In this document: piece by piece, positions 1 to 11,900 of the stretch
Layout of the letters: each line of letters opens with the position of its first letter
How positions within the stretch are numbered: position 1 is the first letter of the stretch
DNA from: Amoebidium appalachense
Lineage: Eukaryota; Protista; Ichthyosporea
Assembly: GCA_963693365.1 (NCBI GenBank)
Contig: CAVNZM010000003.1
Location: 10,838,388 to 10,902,387, forward strand
DNA length: 64,000 nt
Reading direction: 5' to 3'
Program-made: the position numbers and the translations under genes
The notes under the pieces: generated by a model
What the model was told of the DNA's origin: nothing
Database searches by the model: none
What the model saw: only the letters and a program-made list of their open reading frames with translations

Positions 1-296
1 AGAAGATGTGTTGTTGCTTGCTGATCTGCTAAAAACTGTCGTGCTTATATACCTGAGGCTACCGAACTGAGCCAATCAAAACCGATCTAGTGTTATGTGA
101 AATCTTATCCTGAGCCAATCAAACTCGGTCTAGTGATCTGTGGAATCTGATGTTTTGATCGGCTAATAGGTGCCAGTATGCGGGCAGCCGAACGCGAACT
201 GCTAAAACATGAAACGAAGCCTGTTGATATCGGACACCCATCCTACGTGTTTACCCAGAAAAATATTTATGTCAATAATTTCCACAAATAAAACCT
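1..296 (-). repeat. Split direct repeat A2 of the Ngaro element (partial)
   Basis: Matches 15912-16216 apart from a 9-nt indel near its start; both copies end at ...AATAAAACCT. Confidence 0.9.
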
Positions 297-412
297 CTAT
301 GAAAACTACTCCGGGACGTGTGTTGCCTCTAGGGGGACATCCCCTTGGACGAAAGTGAACCTGCAATGGTTGTAAACCACGGCACGAGAGCAGTATGCTT
401 GCTCCAAAGGTT

Positions 413-535
413 TCACTTAAGCATAGAGGCGAATACACGTGTGGTAGTGGCAGCAATGGAGGCCGGACGAAGTCGGGTATAGATCAGGAAACAGTCGGAG
501 GACCACCTGCCGAGTTGTTTGATCCGGGAGTCGTG
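413..535 (-). pseudogene. C-terminal remnant of DIRS tyrosine recombinase
   Basis: Hand translation HDSRIKQLGRWSSDCFLIYTRLRPASIAATTTRVFASMLK*, matching the YR box II motif LGRWxSxxxxxY. It follows the RNase H stop directly, so the rest of the YR is missing. Confidence 0.8.
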
Positions 536-798
536 GGTTAGCCCAAGGGAAGGGATAGGAACTCGTGGACCCAGGAGGGGAAGGGGCAGGGCTCCGGTTG
601 CAGGGAAGGTCGGAGTCGTCGGGCCCGGGGAAGTTGGTTACGAGAAATGGCATCGGCCAGATGGTTGAGGGGTCCTGGTAGGTAGGATGCCTGTAACGTA
701 AATTGGTATTGCATTTCCATGCGGGTGATGAACCGAATAAGTTTGGCCATCACGGGGTGGGGGGAAGACCGGGAGTGCAGGTCAGACACAGCACCCGT

Positions 799-3700
799 TG
801 TCATGTGCTGAGCTGATTCGTATTAGTTTGCTTCTATATTTTGTGTTTTGGTGAGTGAATTTCGGGGGTTTTCTTGCATAGTGATGCCGGGGTCTAAGTG
901 GGGTATGAAGAGATTAATCAGTGGTATGGGGAGAACCTGATGCGGCGGCGGCTGATTGTTAAAGCTGCGCGCGTGCATGCTCCACGCCTCTGCGTACTCT
1001 CCATGTTAAATGTTGTATTGCTTCTTGCTGTGTGCGTGGCGAGACCCATGTTGCCTGTTCGCGTGTGTGTATGCTTATATGTATTGTGAGTAAACGTGTG
1101 TACGTGTTGTAGTGCTGTAGGGGTGTCTGAGGTCGCGGTAGCCAATGGTGTGGAGTGCGTGTAGTCTGTGGGGGAGGGAGTGTTGTGATTGGCTGAATGT
1201 CACTGTGGTATTTGTCTGGCCAGTGGGCCGCGTGTCTGTGAAGTGTCTCGCGGGGTCGCGGGCTTTTGGAAGTTCTTCTAAGAACACAAAAAACTCGCTT
1301 CCCACCCAACTCAAAGAAAAGTTTATACGTATACACGGTTTCGAGCCCCTTTAAGCGTGCAGATAGTTAGAGTAGTTTGTATACACTCTGTTTGTTGCCA
1401 CGACAAGCTACACCCCCTTTCTCTGCAGTTTTTTGCAGGGAGGGGGCACACGCACTGTTAGTCCTTCTGGGCTGTTGCTTTCACCCCTAGTTTTTTTTTC
1501 AGGACTAGCGGTTATGAGTGGTTTTGACTTAGGACTTTTTTCGACGGTTAGAGGTAGAAGAAACATACGCACACACAGACCTACAGCTAGCAACAGTTGG
1601 CATAGGCAACATGAGCAGTAGGACTAGTATCACAGGGGACTTAGTCCTCGCTAAGGACCTTGACCTCCCTAGGTGACTTAGCAAGCTCAGGGCCGTTTGT
1701 CCAGCAGAGGGCTCAGAGGGGACCGGCGGCGGTCACCCTCCCCACGGCGCTACCAGTCCTACCAGCCACGGCCACAACGGGATAACAGATGGGCCAGGCT
1801 GGCGTCTTTGGGCGGGACAGCAAGAGCCGGCGCCAGGCTCTTTCCCAGGCACCTGCGACAACTGCAAGGAGCGGGTGCAACGCGTGGTGTAAACAGCCCC
1901 GGGGGGGGCAGGGACGTCGGTGACCGTGTTGCTGGTATGAAGGTTTTATTAGGGGGTAGGCCGTCTCTTGGGTTGTTCAAGTTGTTGTTGTATGGGAGTT
2001 GTGTGGTGTTTCTTTTTCGCTGAGTTTTCTACTGGTGCCTGGCGTTTTCGACGTGTGTATGAGTCCTGTGTTGGCGACGTGTGTGGTTAGGGTCAGTGGA
2101 ATAGAAAGTCCTGCTGCTGTCTGGGAGCTCGGCCCTCTGACGAGGGGGCTGGGGGGGGGTCGAAGTGTAGTCATGGCAGTGGCAGGCCCCCACTGTTGTG
2201 AACCCCCGTCGTCAAAGGGCCTGGTGCTGAGGCCCCTTGGAGTGGCTGCCCTGGGCCTGGTGTTGAGGCCCTTTGGAGTGGCTGCCCGTAGTGTTGTTGA
2301 GTAGTGTTGTGGTGCCCAGTGCAGCAGTAGGCCTTAGACACACCGCTGCCAGGTAGGGCACGGTTGGGGCGGAGGCATTCCCAAACCACCGGGACCTACG
2401 TAGTAGGAGTCTTTGTCGGGTAGAGGAATGGCCAGCAAGAGAGTCTGGAGGTGTACGTCACATGAGTCTGGAGGTGTTCGTCACGGCATGTTTGGTTGTG
2501 TTAGGAATTCTTTGTGGATGGGACATGCTGAGTGTGGTTGTATGGATGGTGTCTGTTATCATGTCTGTTGCTATGTTCGACTCGATATAACATTGTGCCA
2601 GGGGCTTGGGGTTTTGGGTGCAGGTTGTGGACGGGGGCAGAGGTGCATCTACAGGGCAACGTCAGTGGCGGTTCATAATTATCCTTGTTTTGGGGTTGGG
2701 TTGGGTATTAACCATGCTGGGGTGGTTCGTGGATGCATGTATATGTTTTATGTTATATGTTATATGTTGCTTCCTGCATGGTTAGCGGTAGTTGTAGTCG
2801 CTCAGCACATAATTTTATTTTGTTTTTAGGTAGTTTTTACTGAGGTGGAACTCAGTTATTTTCTGTGCGAGGGGGGAGTTGTCATGTGCTGAGCTGATTC
2901 GTATTAGTTTGCTTCTATATTTTGTGTTTTGGTGAGTGAATTTCGGGGGTTTTCTTGCATAGTGATGCCGGGGTCTAAGTGGGGTATGAGGAGATTAATC
3001 AGTGGTATGGGGAGAACCTGATGCGGCGGCGGCTGATTGTTAAAGCTGTGCGCGTGCATGCTCCACGCCTCTGCGTACTCTCCATGTTAAATGTTGTATT
3101 GCTTCTTGCTGTGTGCGTGGCGAGACCCATGTTGCCTGTTCGCGTGTGTGTATGCTTATATGTATTGTGAGTAAACGTGTGTACGTGTTGTAGTGCTGTA
3201 GGGGTGTCTGAGGTCGCGGTAGCCAATGGTGTGGAGTGCGTGTAGTCTGTGGGGGAGGGAGTGTTGTGATTGGCTGAATGTCACTGTGGTATTTGTCTGG
3301 CCAGTGGGCCGCGTGTCTGTGAAGTGTCTCGCGGGGTCGCGGGCTTTTGGAAGTTCTTCTAAGAACACAAAAAACTCGCTTCCCACCCAACTCAAAGAAA
3401 AGTTTATACGTATACACGGTTTCGAGCCCCTTTAAGCGTGCAGATAGTTAGAGTAGTTTGTATACACTCTGTTTGTTGCCACGACAAGCTACACCCCCTT
3501 TCTCTGCAGTTTTTTGCAGGGAGGGGGCACACGCACTGTTAGTCCTTCTGGGCTGTTGCTTTCACCCCTAGTTTTTTTTTTTCAGGACTAGCGGTTATGA
3601 GTGGTTTTGACTTAGGACTTTTTTCGACGGTTAGAGGTAGAAGAAACATACGCACACACAGACCTACAGCTAGCAACAGTTGGCATAGGCAACATGAGCA

Positions 3701-5566
3701 GTAGGACTAGTATCACAGGGGACTTAGTCCTCGCTAAGGACCTTGACCTCCCTAGGTGACTTAGCAAGCTCAGGGCCGTTTGTCCAGCAGAGGGCTCAGA
3801 GGGGACCGGCGGCGGTCACCCTCCCCACGGCGCTACCAGTCCTACCAGCCACGGCCACAACGGGATAACAGATGGGCCAGGCTGGCGTCTTTGGGCGGGA
3901 CAGCAAGAGCCGGCGCCAGGCTCTTTCCCAGGCACCTGCGACAACTGCAAGGAGCGGGTGCAACGCGTGGTGTAAACAGCCCCGGGGGGCAGGGACGTCG
4001 GTGACCGTGTTGCTGGTATGAAGGTTTTATTAGGGGGTAGGCCGTCTCTTGGGTTGTTCAAGTTGTTGTTGTATGGGAGTTGTGTGGTGTTTCTTTTTCG
4101 CTGAGTTTTCTACTGGTGCCTGGCGTTTTCGACGTGTGTATGAGTCCTGTGTTGGCGACGTGTGTGGTTAGGGTCAGTGGAATAGAAAGTCCTGCTGCTG
4201 TCTGGGAGCTCGGCCCTCTGACGAGGGGGCTGGGGGGGGGTCGAAGTGTAGTCATGGCAGTGGCAGGCCCCCACTGTTGTGAACCCCCGTCGTCAAAGGG
4301 CCTGGTGCTGAGGCCCCTTGGAGTGGCTGCCCTGGGCCTGGTGTTGAGGCCCTTTGGAGTGGCTGCCCGTAGTGTTGTTGAGTAGTGTTGTGGTGCCCAG
4401 TGCAGCAGTAGGCCTTAGACACACCGCTGCCAGGTAGGGCACGGTTGGGGCGGAGGCATTCCCAAACCACCGGGACCTACGTAGTAGGAGTCTTTGTCGG
4501 GTAGAGGAATGGCCAGCAAGAGAGTCTGGAGGTGTACGTCACATGAGTCTGGAGGTGTTCGTCACGGCATGTTTGGTTGTGTTAGGAATTCTTTGTGGAT
4601 GGGACATGCTGAGTGTGGTTGTATGGATGGTGTCTGTTATCATGTCTGTTGCTATGTTCGACTCGATATAACATTGTGCCAGGGGCTTGGGGTTTTGGGT
4701 GCAGGTTGTGGACGGGGGCAGAGGTGCATCTACAGGGCAACGTCAGTGGCGGTTCATAATTATCCTTGTTTTGGGGTTGGGTTGGGTATTAACCATGCTG
4801 GGGTGGTTCGTGGATGCATGTATATGTTTTATGTTATATGTTATATGTTGCTTCCTGCATGGTTAGCGGTAGTTGTAGTCGCTCAGCACATAACTTTATT
4901 TTGTTTTTAGGTAGTTTTTACTGAGGTGGAACTCAGTTATTTTCTGTGCGAGGGGGAGTTGTCATGTGCTGAGCTGATTCGTATTAGTTTGCTTCTATAT
5001 TTTGTGTTTTGGTGAGTGAATTTCGGGGGTTTTCTTGCATAGTGATGCCGGGGTCTAAGTGGGGTATGAGGAGATTAATCAGTGGTATGGGGAGAACCTG
5101 ATGCGGCGGCGGCTGATTGTTAAAGCTGTGCGCGTGCATGCTCCACGCCTCTGCGTACTCTCCATGTTAAATGTTGTATTGCTTCTTGCTGTGTGCGTGG
5201 CGAGACCCATGTTGCCTGTTCGCGTGTGTGTATGCTTATATGTATTGTGAGTAAACGTGTGTACGTGTTGTAGTGCTGTAGGGGTGTCTGAGGTCGCGGT
5301 AGCCAATGGTGTGGAGTGCGTGTAGTCTGTGGGGGAGGGAGTGTTGTGATTGGCTGAATGTCACTGTGGTATTTGTCTGGCCAGTGGGCCGCGTGTCTGT
5401 GAAGTGTCTCGCGGGGTCGCGGGCTTTTGGAAGTTCTTCTAAGAACACAAAAAACTCGCTTCCCACCCAACTCAAAGAAAAGTTTATACGTATACACGGT
5501 TTCGAGCCCCTTTAAGCGTGCAGATAGTTAGAGTAGTTTGTATACACTCTGTTTGTTGCCACGACA
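799..5566 (+). mobile_element. Non-autonomous LTR retroelement in tandem form LTR-int-LTR-int-LTR
   Basis: Three 607-bp LTRs (799-1405, 2880-3486, 4960-5566; TGTC...GACA), units of 2081 and 2080 bp, 5-bp TSD CCCGT (794-798, 5567-5571), PPT before LTR2 and LTR3, no pol. Confidence 0.93.
1406..1417 (+). promoter_or_regulatory. Putative non-canonical primer-binding site AGCTACACCCCC (also 3487-3498)
   Basis: Directly after the LTR ...ACGACA; lacks TGG; reverse complement GGGGGTGTAGCT. Confidence 0.6.
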
Positions 5567-7008
5567 CCCGTGTTGTCGCATAAAATACGGACATGGTGGG
5601 TGGACCAGGAGGGGGCCCAGAGGGCCACGGCGGCTGCGATGGCCAGGAGTTCGATGACGGAAGAACCGAGTTTACCCTCATGAGCATAGAGGGCTTGGGT
5701 GGAGGGGGACCAGGGCATGAAGAACCATTGGTCGAGCCAGTGGCCTCCTAGACCCACCGATCCGGCAGCATCGGTGGCCAGGGTGGTGTATGTGGGGGGT
5801 GTAATGAGGTGCACCCCATTCCATGATGTGAGGAACTGGTGCCATTCGGTTATGTCGGCCCGGGCGGCAGCAGTCAGTCGTATGTGGTGGTGGCCGGCAA
5901 GGTGTGGGTGGGTCCGGAGAAGGGCCCATAGGCGCTGGGAGAAGGCCCGCCCGGGGGGAACCAGCTGGGCACACCAGGTGAGTTTGCCGAGGAGGGACTG
6001 GAGGTCTTGAATGGTGATGGTGGGCAAATTGGGTGGGAAGTGAGGTCGAGTAGGTCCGAGAGCTTGGAAGCCGGGATTCGTGCCTCCATGGCGATGGAGT
6101 CGAATTCGATACCGATGAAGACGACACGGGTAGCCGGGCCCTGCATCTTCAAGTTGTCTTCGGAGATGGCAATGTGCAGCTCTCGGCAGAGTTGCAGGAA
6201 GGTGGATAGGTGACGTTGGCACTGCTCTTGTGTGGGGGCGACTATAATCCAGTCGTCTACGTAGTGGCGGATGAGGGTAATATCGTGCTGGTGTGCCAGC
6301 CACTGTAGGGTGGCCGCGATCCGTTCCCAGATGGCTGGGCTAGATTTCAGGCCGAAGGGCAGTCTGGTTTCAATGTAAAAATGCCCCAGCCATTTGAATG
6401 CCATTAAGTGATGGTCTTCTGGTCGGATGGGCATGTGCCGGAACTTCAAGGCAGCCTGCACATCTGCCACGGCCATGTAGCAGCCGGGGCCTGCGTCGAG
6501 AATGAGCTGGGTGACGTCCCGGGCGCGAATGTACTGAAGTTCGTCGGGGTAGGTGATGTTGTCATTGACACTGCTACCCCGGGGCCAGGAGAGGTGGTGG
6601 ATTCGACGGTACTTGGGGGGGTTCCCTTTCTTGGTAACGGCGCCGATGGGGGAGGAACGGTGGACCGGAAATTCGTCAAAGAATTGGGCCGGGGAGAGGG
6701 GGCCGCGCAGGTGGCCGAGGGCGACTTCTTTGGCAATATCCGCCGTGATAGCGGCAGCTGCCTCTGGGGTGGTGGGTAGGTTGGGGCCCACCCGAGAGGT
6801 GGAGGGGCCGCGATAGCCGATGTCGACACCGAATTCGACATCGTGGAGGAGTTGTGCGGCGAATGATTGGTCTGGGTAGGAGGCCAGCAGTTCCCGGAGG
6901 CGGGAGGTGTCAATGTGGTGCTGGGGCAGCGTTCGGGCCTCCGGGTCTGAGCCTCGGGGGAAGGGGGTGGTTAGCAAGGGTGGGGCACCCTCGGGGAGAT
7001 CCCGGCAG

Positions 7009-7042
<34 letters not shown>

Positions 7043-7897
7043 GGGGGGGGGGGGGGGGCAGCAGGGCCCCGGGGGGTCAGAGTAGGGCAGCTGGGCCCGA
7101 GTGAGGGTTGGCAGGGAGGGCAGCGGGGCCCTGTGCAGGGGAATGTGCCCGAGCACGCGGGGGTGTGGGCGGACACAGAGTGACATATACTAATCCGTCT
7201 CAGCAGATTAGCCTAAGTCTACGATCGAGATCGGGGGGGGGGGGGGGGGGGGGAGGTGGCCCGGGTCCACAGATCATCAAGATCAAGTCCGGGGCCTCAA
7301 GATAGCTGTACAGCTGCGTGCATCTTGCCTCTGCCGGCGCAGGGCATTGGACCACGTCAGCCGGGACAGACGTCCAATAGAATTCTAATTAGTGTGTAGG
7401 ATAGATCGTAGGAGGACTTAGGAATGTGATTGTTCGGGCAGAAGCCCTTTTGTAAGGATTGGCAAGGTTTGATAGTATATGTTGCCAAACGTATTTATAT
7501 ATGTAGATGTAGAGGAAAGGGGGGGAGGGAGGGGGGGGAGGATAGTATGAAATGTAGATTTAGACTCTGCGGTGCCACTAGGGGGAGGGTGAGGGGTGAG
7601 ACTTGGATAAATATATTAGTTGAGTAGATCGACTTAGCTCGTGCAGGCGCACGATAAAAGTAGATCGGAATGTTAATGGAATGTGGCATCGTAGGGGGCC
7701 AGGTGATGATGATCTTGTAGGGCACGGCCTTGATGGCCTCAGTCGTAACTTAGACTCAATCCGTACGGATCTAAGTTTGCCCGTCGGAGCCTGGTCTTAA
7801 TAAACTTTACCGTTTTTCTGTACACGTTCGTTCCTTTTCGTGTGTGTACACTTAGTAGAGTGCCGCGTCTCTAGTACACATATATTAGGATACGACA

Positions 7898-7909
7898 AGC
7901 TACACCTTT
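7898..7909 (+). promoter_or_regulatory. Putative non-canonical primer-binding site AGCTACACCTTT
   Basis: Directly after the 5' LTR; first 9 nt identical to the site in the 799-5566 element. Confidence 0.6.
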
Positions 7910-8638
7910 CTTTTAGTGCGGTTTTTCGCGCTAGGGTAACGCGGTGACAGTTCCTTCTGGGCTGTTGCTACACCTCAAAAACACAAACATAAACACAACC
8001 TCTCAACTAGGGCACACACAACACCATGGCTAAGTTTCACGTAGATATGTTCTACGCGTTGGCAGCGGAGGATAGCTCCCTGCACACACAGATACCACAG
8101 GTTCACACACTAGCTATAGACGCCAGAAACACAACAGCTTTTAGTTTACACTCAAACACCAGCGGTCGTGGGCGTGGTGGACGTAGCGGACAGCAGCAGC
8201 AGTTCGACGAGGGGCATCGTCGTGGGTCCTCAAGACAGCGTCGAGGTGGTATGGCATGAATGTTTGTGGGGTGACTCTACCAAAGGTATGAATGGTGTGA
8301 ATGTTTTGTGGTTGGGGGAGGTTCCCCAGCCACAAGTGGATGGTCTCAGTGTTTCTTGTCCCAACCCGGTGTTTGTTCTAACCACACCGGAGGGGGTTTC
8401 TGTGCCATTGTTTCCGGGAGGGGGGGGGACACACACGAGTAAAGGGGGAAGGGGGGGGGAAGGCACAGACACATAGAAACACACCACCACAACAACATAC
8501 GACGGTTGCAGACACACCTACACCCACACACACACCCACACATACACCACACACACACACACCACCCACCCACACATCACACACACACACTCCACCACCA
8601 CCCACATCACATACACACCCCACCCCACCCGTGCAGGC

Positions 8639-8934
8639 ACCACAGGTAGGTATGTTGCACGTAGGTATCGAGGGTGTGAGTCTTCGTGGGCAGGGATTGG
8701 GAGTGAGTGATGATGTGTTGCTTGAATTGGAGGAGGATTTAGTTGGTTTTAGCCGGCATTATATAGACGTATGGTTAGCTGATGGTACCACAGGTAGGTA
8801 TGTTGCACGTAGGTATCGAGGGTGTGAGTCTTCGTGGGCAGGGATTGGGAGTGAGTGATGATGTGTTGCTTGAATTGGAGGAGGATTTAGTTGGTTTTAG
8901 CCGGCATTATATAGACGTATGGTTAGCTGATGGT
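8639..8934 (+). repeat. 148-bp tandem duplication at the start of Gypsy pol
   Basis: ACCACAGGTAGG...GATGGT at 8639-8786 and 8787-8934. Confidence 0.9.
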
Positions 8935-11900
8935 AAGTTGAAGGCTGTTGCTTTGCTCGATGGAGGGGCTCAGGTTAATTGTGTGCATGCTTCGTTTATT
9001 CGTCGTTTTAATCAGGCCGGGGGGGAAATTCCTATATTAGATGCTTCTAGCACAGCCTTAGGTAGTGCTAATAATAGTAGTATGTCTGTGGAAGGTGTTT
9101 GTGTGTTGCCGTGTGAGATAGGTGGCCAGGCTATGCATATTGCTTGTTATGTGGTTAAGGATTTAGCTCAAAGTGTTTTGTTGGGAGCCCCATTTTTCCG
9201 TAGACATGTGAATGCTTTGTTTGAACGTACGAATGTTTTAGAATTGCAGTCCGGCGTTAAAATTAAAACCCATGATGGGCTCGACGGTTATCAGTCTGGT
9301 GCTAGAACGGTAGCTGAAGTAGTAATCGAGCCTTATCAGTGCCAAACGGTACGTGTCCGGGCCGGCAATCATGTTAGGATAGGGGATTTAGGGGTTTTTA
9401 CTCCGAAAACCCCATTTCAGGAGGTGGCCCAATGGACCCTTAGTAGGGTATGGCCGGATAAGACAATAGAAATAGAATTAGTGAATCCGGGCATCGAGCC
9501 TATAGTGATTAGGTCAGGTGTTTCCGTCGGTAGTTTCACTAATGAGATTGGTAGTATAGAGGTCTCTCTTATTACCCAAAAGGAGGATGCCGGCTCGAAG
9601 GGTGACTCAGGAGGAGGGGGAACAACTTTATTTAACGTTAGCCACCAAAATGTCACCCGACACGATGGGGGGGGGGACCGGGACAGCACCGGTCCCACTC
9701 CCCCGACCCCCAAGAGGAAGGAGGGTCACCCCGGGTGTGAGAATGTGCAGGCAAGGGGGGAGGGTGTTGGTCTAACCCGTGGATCTGACGGGTTAACCAA
9801 CACCGTGGGGGGCAGGGTGGCCACAGACCTGGCCCCCCACATACATGCACTAACTCATCAGGAATTGCCCGGGGGCATTGGTGTGCCGGGGGGAGGGGGG
9901 GGTGCTAAGGGTGACCGCCTATATCCGGAGGTACCTCAACCTCACCCCGAGCAGCACCAATGTAATACAGGAGGTGAAATGTTAAGTGGCACTCCGGTGA
10001 ATAAGGATGCATCCACTTGTGATGGGGGTAACCCGGAGTTAGTATTGCCGTTTGGTATGAAGGAGGGGGATTGGACGGTAGAACAGAAAAAATTGCTAGC
10101 TAAGTTATTTGATAGGACTCGGTTTGCATTTCTGGCCGATGATAACGAAGTAGGCTTCGTTAAAGGGTTTGAAATGCAGATCGACACAGGTGATAATAGG
10201 CCGGTAGTGATGCCTAGCTATAGAATGGAGCAGTATAAATTGTCGGATGCGCTAATAATAGTGAGTGATATGTTAAAAAAGGGTCATGTGGAGCATAGTT
10301 CGAGTCCGTGGAGAAGTCCGGTGCTATTGGTTAAGAAGCCCGACGGGTCTTGGCGCCTAGTGAACGATTACAGGGCTCTGAATCGGATCACTAAGGCAGA
10401 CCAATGGCCTCTCCCTAACATAGACGAGCAGCTTTCACAGCTGCACGGCTATACTCACTTTGCTAAACTTGATTTAAAAGCAGCTTTTTGGCAGATAAGG
10501 TTGGAGGAGAGCAGCAAGGAGAAGACTGCCTTTGCACTGGGTGACCAGCTGTTCCAGTACAAGGTGGTGCCGATGGGTTTGCTCTCCTCTCCAGCTATGT
10601 TGTGCCGGGTAATGTATAAAATTCTCCACCCTCATTTGGATGTATGCCACCCTTATTTGGATGATGTTTTAATTAAAGGTAGGTCATTTGAGGAGTTAGT
10701 TAATAATTGTGAAAAAGTATTTTTAGCTTTGGGTGAGTCTGGTCTTCGTATTAGCGGTAGCAAGACTGTGATTGGTGTGCCGGAGGTTAAGTTTTTAGGT
10801 CATATTGTGTCTAGTAATGGTCTTTCCCCTGATCCGGAGAAAATCCGGGCCATAGTTGAGTGGCCCCGTCCTCAGACTGTCACTCAACTAAGGCAATTTT
10901 TAGGTTTAACTAATTATCTTCGTCGTTATATTAAGGACTATAGTATGCTTGCTTTGCCGTTAACTAGTCAGACGGGGGGGGAGAAGAAGAATAGAATAGA
11001 TTGGAATGTTGATGCTGTTTCTGCTTTCGAAAAGCTTAAGTTAGCTTTGCAGTCTTCGAGTATGCTTGTTCATCCTGATTTTTCGGCCGGGGGGGGATGT
11101 TTAAAGTTCGGTGCGATGCAAGTAAGGTTGCTGAGGGGGCCGTGTTATATCAAGTGCAGGAGGGGCAGGATAGAGTGATTGCTTATGCTAGTCGTTCATT
11201 TAGTAAAAGTGAACGTAGATATAGCAATCCGGAGAGAGAGTCCCATGCTATCTTTTGGGCAGTCTCACAGGCATGGAGGTATATACTCGCAGGCAGGACG
11301 TTTGAGGTCTACACCGACCACAAGCCCTGCCTAGCCATGGCCGGCACCACTCGTCTGGTCAACGAGAGGATGCAGAAGTGGGCCGCGGCTCTCGGTGAGT
11401 TCTCCTATAAATTGTTTTATGCCAAGGGTGAAACAATGGTCGACTGTGATGCTCTCTCTCGTGCTGCTTATATTTTGTTTGAAGAAGAGAAGGAGGGGGA
11501 GGGGGGGGATCGTGAGAGACGGGGGGGGAGGGGGGGAAGGGGGGGCGAGTGAGCAGAAAGGAATAGATGCTGTGTCTGTGGATGTGTCTTCTTGGGTTCC
11601 GGGGTTGCTTGCTTATAAGTGTAGGAGAGGGGGGGGAGGTATTTGTCGGTGTCTGAGGTCGGGACCGAGTCTCATGGCTCGGCCCCTGCCTTAGCACCTA
11701 CGGCTTTGATCTTAGCTCAGGAGGAAGATGTGTTGATTGGTCTGGTTAAGAATTATTTAAAGGGGCCGGTTGATTCGATTAAATTTACAAATAAAAGGCA
11801 GATGATTAAGGTAGCTAAGTTAGCAAAAATGTGTCAGGTAGAGCAGGATTTAGTTTATCATTGTTCTGGGCCAGACGGACACCGAGTTTGGGTCCCGACG

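Larger units (their letters stand above)
538..6977 (-). pseudogene. Ngaro reverse transcriptase/RNase H (about 6977-5567 joined to 793-538; frameshift near 6020)
   Basis: ORFs 5874..6977 (RT), 5512..6303 (RNase H N-part) and 538..804 (C-part). The peptide RILCDNTG|AVSDLHS is restored by removing 799-5566 plus one CCCGT copy. Confidence 0.9.

Noticed and set aside
898-5515. Repeated short ORFs in the three-LTR element
   Set aside because: They recur only because the DNA is repeated; no domain is recognisable.
11085-11100. Programmed frameshift between RT and RNase H
   Set aside because: It falls in a G homopolymer at a position where recoding is not expected; error or decay is likelier.
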